Of a stretch of DNA of 64,000 nt, positions 58,536-64,000 are shown in pieces. The translations under genes and the position numbers were made by a program. The notes under the pieces are model-generated. The model searched no databases. It saw only the letters and a program-made list of their open reading frames with translations, and was not told where the DNA came from. Source of the DNA: Synergistaceae bacterium (GTDB taxonomy: Bacteria > Synergistota > Synergistia > Synergistales > Synergistaceae); contig JAJFTP010000060.1 in the NCBI GenBank assembly GCA_021372895.1, positions 4,590 to 68,589 of the forward strand, given 5' to 3'. Within the stretch, counting starts at the first letter, position 1. Each line of letters begins with the position of its first letter.

Positions 58536-58889
58536 CTAGTCAACCAGCTGGATGACCGCCATAGGGGAGGCATCGCCTAAGCGTGCGCCGAGTTTGACAA
58601 TTCTAGTATAGCCGCCATTGCGGCTGGCATATTTCGGTCCAAGTTCGTTGAAGAGCTTAGCAACAGCCTCTTTGTGGGGCAAACGGGCTATGACAAGTCG
58701 ACGATCGTCCAGCTCGCCGGATTTAGCCTTTGTGATGAGTTTCTCGGCTACCCTGCGGACTTCTTTTGCCCTTGTCGTAGTGGTAACAATGCTGCCCTCA
58801 ATAAAGAGACTGGCGGCCATGTTTCCAAGCATAGCCCACCTATGGGAGCTGCAGCGCCCCAACCGCCTTGTTGTTACGCGGTGTCTCAT
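58536..58889 (-). CDS. rplQ: 50S ribosomal protein L17
   Basis: MRHRVTTRRLGR…GGYTRIVKLG…GD. 117 aa. Confidence 0.95.
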   Translation of the reverse strand: MRHRVTTRRLGRCSSHRWAMLGNMAASLFIEGSIVTTTTRAKEVRRVAEKLITKAKSGELDDRRLVIARLPHKEAVAKLFNELGPKYASRNGGYTRIVKLGARLGDASPMAVIQLVD

Positions 58890-58892
58890 TTA

Positions 58893-59948
58893 TTACTCCT
58901 CCTTCTGTTTCTGTTCGTCGATGTCATCATCATCAAGCGGGGCGCTTATGTCTCCGCTGAGATGCAGGTCAAATTTAGAGAGTTTCTCTTCAATCTCCCT
59001 GAGTGAGATCTTGCCGAGGTTGCGGATCTTAAGAAGGTCGTCCCTGGTCCTGGAGACAAGTTCACCGATCATGTGGACTCCTCCGCGGAGAAGGCAGTTC
59101 TCACTTCGCACCGAAAGTTCAAGGTCTCGGACTGGTCTTGAATATATAGAATTTTCTCCCATCTGGAACCCGGGAACAACTGACCGCTTCTCCATCCCGG
59201 CAGCAACTGCCGCAGATTTTGCCGAGTCATCGCCCTTGATGATCTCATCCAGAGCGCTGCTTCCAGACCCGGCAAGGGAATCAACTATAGAGGCATAGTA
59301 GCCCTTAAGTATCCTGCTGGCCTGAACAACGGCAGATTCAGGAGAAACTGCCCCGTTCGTCCATATCTCAAGGCAGAGGCTATCATAGTCCGTTCGTTGT
59401 CCCATTCGTTTATCCTGTATATCGTATTTTACCCTCTTTACCGGTGAATATAGGGCATCCGCCTGAAGTGCATCAACAGGAAGATAAGCCGCCCGCGGAC
59501 GATCTATTGCAGCATAACCGGTGCCTGTGCTTACATAGATATCCATAATAACCGATTTGCCCTCTTCCAATGTACATATATAGGCTTCGGGATCAGGAAA
59601 TTCAACCTCGCTGTCAGGCTCGATATCCGCAGCAGTAACAACCTTAGGCCCTTCCGCTTCCAGACGAAGGGTCCTGACTGCGGATGAGTGGCAACAAACC
59701 GGTATATGTTTAAGGTTTACCAAAAGTTCGATAACGTCCTCTTTTACACCGGGAACAGTGCTGAACTCATGCAGCACACCCTCAATGCGCACTGCTACTA
59801 TTGCAGCACCACTGATGGAAGAAAGCAGCACCCTGCGAAGAGAATTCCCCAGCGTTACCCCATAACCTTTTTCGAGAGGCTCAATGATTATTTTGCCGTA
59901 CGACGGGGTGGATTCCTGTACTATGATCTCGTGACGATCATGCTCCAT
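58893..59948 (-). CDS. rpoA: DNA-directed RNA polymerase subunit alpha
   Basis: IEPLEKGYGVTLGNSLRRVLLSS, plus a C-terminal domain containing ELSVRSENCL. ATG 59948 (MEHDRHE) follows AGGTGGGGGAG, and the track start GTG 59960 is also possible. The protein ends in an acidic tail, DDDDIDEQKQKEE. Confidence 0.95.
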   Translation of the reverse strand: MEHDRHEIIVQESTPSYGKIIIEPLEKGYGVTLGNSLRRVLLSSISGAAIVAVRIEGVLHEFSTVPGVKEDVIELLVNLKHIPVCCHSSAVRTLRLEAEGPKVVTAADIEPDSEVEFPDPEAYICTLEEGKSVIMDIYVSTGTGYAAIDRPRAAYLPVDALQADALYSPVKRVKYDIQDKRMGQRTDYDSLCLEIWTNGAVSPESAVVQASRILKGYYASIVDSLAGSGSSALDEIIKGDDSAKSAAVAAGMEKRSVVPGFQMGENSIYSRPVRDLELSVRSENCLLRGGVHMIGELVSRTRDDLLKIRNLGKISLREIEEKLSKFDLHLSGDISAPLDDDDIDEQKQKEE

Positions 59949-59971
59949 ATTCTCCCCCACCTTTCGTTTCC

Positions 59972-60598
59972 CTAACGGGCATAGAATTCAACGACGAGCT
60001 GTTCGTTTACAGGCACTTCGATCTGCTCGCGGATAGGCACGGTTACAACGCTGCCTGTCATAGCATCGGCATTGAACGAGAGCCATGCCGGGATGCTGCG
60101 GGCTGCGGCTGTCTCCATGTTGTTCTTGAGAAGGACCACGTCTCTGCTGCCCTCTGCTACCGCTACTACATCACCGGGCTTAAGCACCGCACTCGGTATA
60201 TCAAGCTTATGACCGTTCACCGTAAAGTGTCCGTGGCAGATCAACTGACGTGCCTGGCTGCGGCTGACACCAAAACCGAGACGATAGACCACATTGTCAA
60301 GACGGCGTTCCAGAAGCTGCAGGAAATTATGCCCCGGCTGCCCGGACAGTTTTGTAGCTTTTTCGTATACAGTGCTGAACTGAGATTCATTGAGGCAGTA
60401 GAAACGGCGAAGTTTCTGCTTCTCCCTGAGACGGAGTCCGTATTCACTCATTTTACCGCGGCGGGTGCCGTGCTGCCCCGGTTTTGAATTACGCTTGGTA
60501 AGGCCGCATTTCTCAGTATAACAGCGGTCTCCCTTCAAAAAGAGCTTCGTACCCTCTGCACGGCAAAGCCTGCAAACAGGTCCTGTGTATCTGCTCAT
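59972..60598 (-). CDS. rpsD: 30S ribosomal protein S4
   Basis: MSRYTGPVCRLCRAEGTKLFLKGDRC… 208 aa. Confidence 0.95.
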   Translation of the reverse strand: MSRYTGPVCRLCRAEGTKLFLKGDRCYTEKCGLTKRNSKPGQHGTRRGKMSEYGLRLREKQKLRRFYCLNESQFSTVYEKATKLSGQPGHNFLQLLERRLDNVVYRLGFGVSRSQARQLICHGHFTVNGHKLDIPSAVLKPGDVVAVAEGSRDVVLLKNNMETAAARSIPAWLSFNADAMTGSVVTVPIREQIEVPVNEQLVVEFYAR

Positions 60599-60623
60599 AC
60601 CAGTCTGTTACCTCCTTTAAAAA

Positions 60624-61016
60624 CTATACGCGGCGCCGTTTTGGCGGACGGCAGCCATTGTGCGGGATCGGAGTTGCATCACGTATCACATTGACCTGCA
60701 GCCCGGCCGCCTGAAGCGAACGTATAGCCGACTCACGCCCCGGGCCCGGGCCCTTGACTATGACATCAATCTCTAAAACGCCGTGATCCTGTGCAACCTT
60801 AGCTGCCTGTGCAGCCGACATCTGTGCGGCATAAGGCGTGGATTTACGTGTTCCCTTAAAACCAACATTTCCGCCCGATGCCCATGAAAGCGCATTGCCC
60901 TGCTTGTCCGTGAGTGTGACTATGGTATTGTTGAATGTCGAAAATATATGTGCCACACCATAGCTTACGTTCTTTCTTTCCTTGCGTTTACGACTACGCT
61001 GTACGCGTTTGGCCAA
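60624..61016 (-). CDS. rpsK: 30S ribosomal protein S11
   Basis: …[20 protein letters not shown]…[16 protein letters not shown]. 130 aa. Confidence 0.95.
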   Translation of the reverse strand: MAKRVQRSRKRKERKNVSYGVAHIFSTFNNTIVTLTDKQGNALSWASGGNVGFKGTRKSTPYAAQMSAAQAAKVAQDHGVLEIDVIVKGPGPGRESAIRSLQAAGLQVNVIRDATPIPHNGCRPPKRRRV

Positions 61017-61041
61017 CTGTTGTTCCCTCCCTGGTAAGCCC

Positions 61042-61419
61042 TTACTTCGTGGCTTTCTTCTTGCCGGCTACTGTCCTCTTCGGACCCTTACGTGTGCGGG
61101 CATTCGTCTTGGTCCTCGGACCGCGGACAGGGAGACCCTGACGATGTCTGAGGCCACGGTAGCAACCAATATCCATGAGTCGCTTGATGTTCATAGCTAT
61201 CTCACGGCGAAGGTCACCTTCCACCTTGTGATTGTTTTCAATTTCTGCGCGCAGCTTCTGTTCTTCATCCTCAGTCAGATCCTTGACCCTCGTGTTGGGA
61301 TCGACGCCTGTCGTGGCAATGATCTGCTGTGCAACTGCCGGCCCAATACCGAAAATATAGGTCAGGGCTATTTCGATTCTCTTCTCACGCGGCAGGTCTA
61401 CTCCGGCTAAACGAGCCAT
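61042..61419 (-). CDS. rpsM: 30S ribosomal protein S13
   Basis: [26 protein letters not shown]… 125 aa. Confidence 0.95.
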   Translation of the reverse strand: MARLAGVDLPREKRIEIALTYIFGIGPAVAQQIIATTGVDPNTRVKDLTEDEEQKLRAEIENNHKVEGDLRREIAMNIKRLMDIGCYRGLRHRQGLPVRGPRTKTNARTRKGPKRTVAGKKKATK

Positions 61420-61425
61420 ACCCTG

Positions 61426-61551
61426 CTACCTCCTTGCTCCTTGACGCTGTTTGTGACGCGGATTTCTGCTGCATATCACGCGTACAACGCCGTGGCGTTT
61501 GATTATCCTGCAATACTCACAAATTGTCTTGACCGACGGTCTTACTTTCAT
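61426..61551 (-). CDS. rpmJ: 50S ribosomal protein L36
   Basis: Below the ORF-track size cutoff. My translation gives [41 protein letters not shown] (41 aa). RBS AAGGAGG lies 8 nt upstream, and the gene sits between infA and rpsM. Confidence 0.85.
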   Translation of the reverse strand: MKVRPSVKTICEYCRIIKRHGVVRVICSRNPRHKQRQGARR

Positions 61552-61614
61552 TAATGTAGACCTCCTTGAATAAAACTAAATCCCCGCTTCCGGGAGATAT
61601 GACCCGATATCAAA

Positions 61615-61833
61615 CTACTTATACCTGTATGTTATCCGCCCGCGAGTCAGATCATACGGCGAAAGCTGCAACAGAACACGGTCGCCGGGAAGGATCCTTA
61701 TGAAATGCATCCGCATTTTACCCGAGACATGAGCCAGTATCTTGTGGCCATTTTCCAGTTCTACCCGGAACATGGCGTTGGGCAGTGGCTCCACTACCTT
61801 GCCTTTTACTTCAATTACTTCTTCTTTGGCCAT
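61615..61833 (-). CDS. infA: Translation initiation factor IF-1
   Basis: [41 protein letters not shown]… 72 aa. Confidence 0.95.
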   Translation of the reverse strand: MAKEEVIEVKGKVVEPLPNAMFRVELENGHKILAHVSGKMRMHFIRILPGDRVLLQLSPYDLTRGRITYRYK

Positions 61834-61842
61834 GCAGTAGCC

Positions 61843-62163
61843 TCAACCTCCCTGTCTGCAAGATGTGTTGCCGTTATCCAGAATAGCGGTAATCTTCTGT
61901 ATCAACCAGCCGTTGTCCAGAGGTTTCCCGCCAGCAACACGCCCAGCCACATCTTCGAGACTCATTAAAGTTCTTTGAAGGTGCATTATGTTCTTTTTTT
62001 TAGGTTTGTCAACGGGGTAATGTTTCCCATCCGTTATTAAAACTCTAGATTCACCTTCTGTGCCCACAACGACAAACAATGTCCCTTTATGCTTTCCCCG
62101 ACGGACTATAACAACATCTCCTATCCTGTATTCCAAATCCGGCCCGTCCGGGATTACTCCCAT
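61843..62163 (-). CDS. KOW-domain RNA-binding protein (map-infA spacer gene)
   Basis: 106 aa. KOW-like IGDVVIVRRGKHKGTLFVVV. The same position, between map and infA, is occupied by such a gene in many Firmicutes-like genomes. Confidence 0.65.
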   Translation of the reverse strand: MGVIPDGPDLEYRIGDVVIVRRGKHKGTLFVVVGTEGESRVLITDGKHYPVDKPKKKNIMHLQRTLMSLEDVAGRVAGGKPLDNGWLIQKITAILDNGNTSCRQGG

Positions 62164-62924
62164 GGTGTAAGTATCTCCACGCCGTCTTCTGTTACAAGGA
62201 GACTGTTTTCAAAATGAGCGGCATCACTGCCGTCAGCTGTAACAACCGTCCACTCGTCTGCAAGGCTGGTAACTTCTTCGCCTCCGGACATGACCATCGG
62301 TTCAACGCAGAAAGTCATCCTGGATTTGAGTGTGATGCCGCTGCCAGGTGCGCCGTAGTTAGGCACCTGCGGCGCTTCGTGAAGCCGTCTGCCAATTCCA
62401 TGCCCTGCGTAGTCCCTTACAAGGCCGAATCCGGCTGAAACCACAAAGGTCTCGACCTCATGGCCGACATCTCCAAGCGTCGCACCCGGCCGTACGGCTG
62501 CAATCCCCCTGTGCAATGACTCCAAAGTGACATCGAGCAGCCGCTGCCGACTCTCACTTATTTTGCCAACTGCAAAGGTACATGCCGCATCACCAAAGTA
62601 TCCGTCGACAGAAGCCCCTGTGTCGATACTGATTATATCCCCCTCCTGGAGTATTCTGCTCCTTGAGGGGATACCGTGCACGACCTCTTCGTTTACTGAT
62701 GCACATATAGTGCCGGGAAACGGGACCGGCACCCATGGCACTTTGTATCCCTTGAAAGCCGGCTTTGCTCCTTCTTTAACAAGAAGACTCTCTGCCGCCT
62801 CATCAAGGGTAAGCGTGTCCACACCGGGCTTGACCATATCTCGCATCAGCTTAAGCATATCAGCTACGATCCTGCCGGCATGACGCATTTTTTCAAGGTC
62901 TCTGTCGCTCTTAAAGGTGATCAT
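62154..62924 (-). CDS. map: Type I methionine aminopeptidase
   Basis: 256 aa. The metal-ligand context VVHGIP…DIISID…DAA…GHGIG…EP…E is present. Confidence 0.93.
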   Translation of the reverse strand: MITFKSDRDLEKMRHAGRIVADMLKLMRDMVKPGVDTLTLDEAAESLLVKEGAKPAFKGYKVPWVPVPFPGTICASVNEEVVHGIPSRSRILQEGDIISIDTGASVDGYFGDAACTFAVGKISESRQRLLDVTLESLHRGIAAVRPGATLGDVGHEVETFVVSAGFGLVRDYAGHGIGRRLHEAPQVPNYGAPGSGITLKSRMTFCVEPMVMSGGEEVTSLADEWTVVTADGSDAAHFENSLLVTEDGVEILTPWE

Positions 62925-63571
62925 TTACAACCGCCCCTTCTCTGTTCGAGAAGTTTCAGCACCGCGTCTTTTGGACCAGTCGCATCTACCGTGACAAGAA
63001 GCCCTTTTTTGCGGTAGTAGTCAATGAGAGGGGCTGTCTGTTCATGAAAAACTGCAAGGCGTTTACGTATCACGCTCTCTTTGTCATCATCCCGCTGAAT
63101 AACTTCTCCCCCGCATTTATCGCAGATACCTTCTGTTTTTGCAGGCCTAAAGAGAGTATTGTATATCTCTCCGCAAGATTTGCATACCCTTCTTGTTGTA
63201 AGTCTCTGCACTACGACATCATCTTCTACAGAAAGCTCGATAACCGCGTCCAGAGCAATTCCAAATCTCTCCAGAATTTTATCAAGAGCCTCGGCCTGGG
63301 GTGTTGTCCTTGGAAATCCGTCAAGCAAAAAGCCTTCTTTGCAGTCGGGCTCTTTAAGACGGTATTCGACCATAGAAATAATAACATCATCAGGTACAAG
63401 CTTACCGGAATCCATATAGCTCTTCGCACTTTTCCCAAGCCCGGTATCGGCCTTGACATTTGCCCTGAGGATATCTCCGGTAGATATGTGCGCTATGGGA
63501 TATTTACTCTTTATGCTGTCGGCCTGAGTTCCCTTTCCTGCTCCGGGAGCACCGATAAGAATGATCCTCAT
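62921..63571 (-). CDS. adk: Adenylate kinase (zinc-lid type)
   Basis: MRIILIGAPGAGKGTQ. The lid carries CKSCG…CDKCG. 216 aa. Confidence 0.95.
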   Translation of the reverse strand: MRIILIGAPGAGKGTQADSIKSKYPIAHISTGDILRANVKADTGLGKSAKSYMDSGKLVPDDVIISMVEYRLKEPDCKEGFLLDGFPRTTPQAEALDKILERFGIALDAVIELSVEDDVVVQRLTTRRVCKSCGEIYNTLFRPAKTEGICDKCGGEVIQRDDDKESVIRKRLAVFHEQTAPLIDYYRKKGLLVTVDATGPKDAVLKLLEQRRGGCK

Positions 63572-63585
63572 ATCCTGCCTCCGAA

Positions 63586-64000
63586 TTACAGCCTTAAAAG
63601 GCCGCCCTTTTTCCCGCCGCGGCGCTTCAGTATGCCTTCATAGTGGCGCATAAGGAGCTGCCCCTCTATCTGATGCACTGTGTCGAGCGCGACGCCAACT
63701 ACTATGATTACGGCGGTTCCACCGAAGTAGAAGGTATTGATGTTCATCAGCCCTGTCATAATTGTCGGTACTACAGCAACCGCAGCAAGAGCTACGGCCC
63801 CTCCCAGAGTGATGCGGCCCATAACTTTTTCAATATAGTCTGTGGTCGGTCTTCCCGGGCGTATGCCAAGGATAAAACCGCCGTTCTTCTTCATGTTGCT
63901 TGATATATCATCCGGCTTGAAAACTACAGCCGTATAGAAATATGAGAAGAAGATTATCATCGCCACATAAAGTACAATGTATATGGGACTGCTTGGGCTG
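63586..64000 (-). CDS. secY: Preprotein translocase subunit SecY, C-terminal part (5' end beyond the window)
   Basis: The reading frame is open to the window edge. The C-terminal sequence …GGFILGIRPGRPTTDYI…QIEGQLLMRHYEG is typical of SecY, and the gene is upstream of adk. Confidence 0.9.
   Translation of the reverse strand, partial: SPSSPIYIVLYVAMIIFFSYFYTAVVFKPDDISSNMKKNGGFILGIRPGRPTTDYIEKVMGRITLGGAVALAAVAVVPTIMTGLMNINTFYFGGTAVIIVVGVALDTVHQIEGQLLMRHYEGILKRRGGKKGGLLRL

Overview
This 64-kb window is dense core chromosome, about 90% coding, with almost every gene on the minus strand in long, tightly packed operons. The gene content mixes Firmicutes-style modules (ctsR-mcsA-clpC, a T-box leader, ecfA1-ecfA2-ecfT-truA after rplQ, scpA-scpB, RNase J) with diderm envelope genes (lptC/lptD-like, skp/ompH, csaB). 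That fits a Terrabacteria diderm such as Synergistota, with Negativicutes as a less likely alternative. This lineage call is inference only.

Main blocks, in window order:
- uppP-DUF4321-maf-DUF5693-csaB-(split transketolase-like pair)-ftsE-ftsX-envC
- Na/Pi transporter and RNase J
- tRNA-Gln and tRNA-Glu
- mscS, a PPIase and ctsR-mcsA-clpC
- plsY, skp and ygiQ
- a small plus/minus accessory-looking patch: DUF45 peptidase, MBL hydrolase, ICMT-like methyltransferase, UPF0104 membrane protein, atypical LuxR regulator, ttcA
- rluB, scpB, scpA, trpS and a Nif3 family gene
- thrC-thrB-ask-asd behind a Thr T-box
- greA
- rho-M23-pyrG-(exported protein)-lptC-lptD-ddl
- pfkA, comF and metK
- a zinc-ribbon/GNAT pair, DUF3084 and lysine 6-transaminase
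- mreB
- the 3' end of the ribosomal spc/alpha cluster, secY to rplQ

I saw no CRISPR array, IS or transposase, phage genes, rRNA, or any recognisable defence system.

The most noteworthy observations are:
- an unannotated threonine T-box riboswitch
- a catalytically degenerate split transketolase-like pair embedded in an envelope/division operon
- an mcsA gene with no mcsB
- a pseudo-receiver LuxR regulator
- a roughly 400-bp extremely AT-rich non-coding spacer upstream of lat
- an 11-nt tandem repeat in the pyrG leader

All functional calls come from reading the translated ORFs by eye and from motif recall. No database searches were run.
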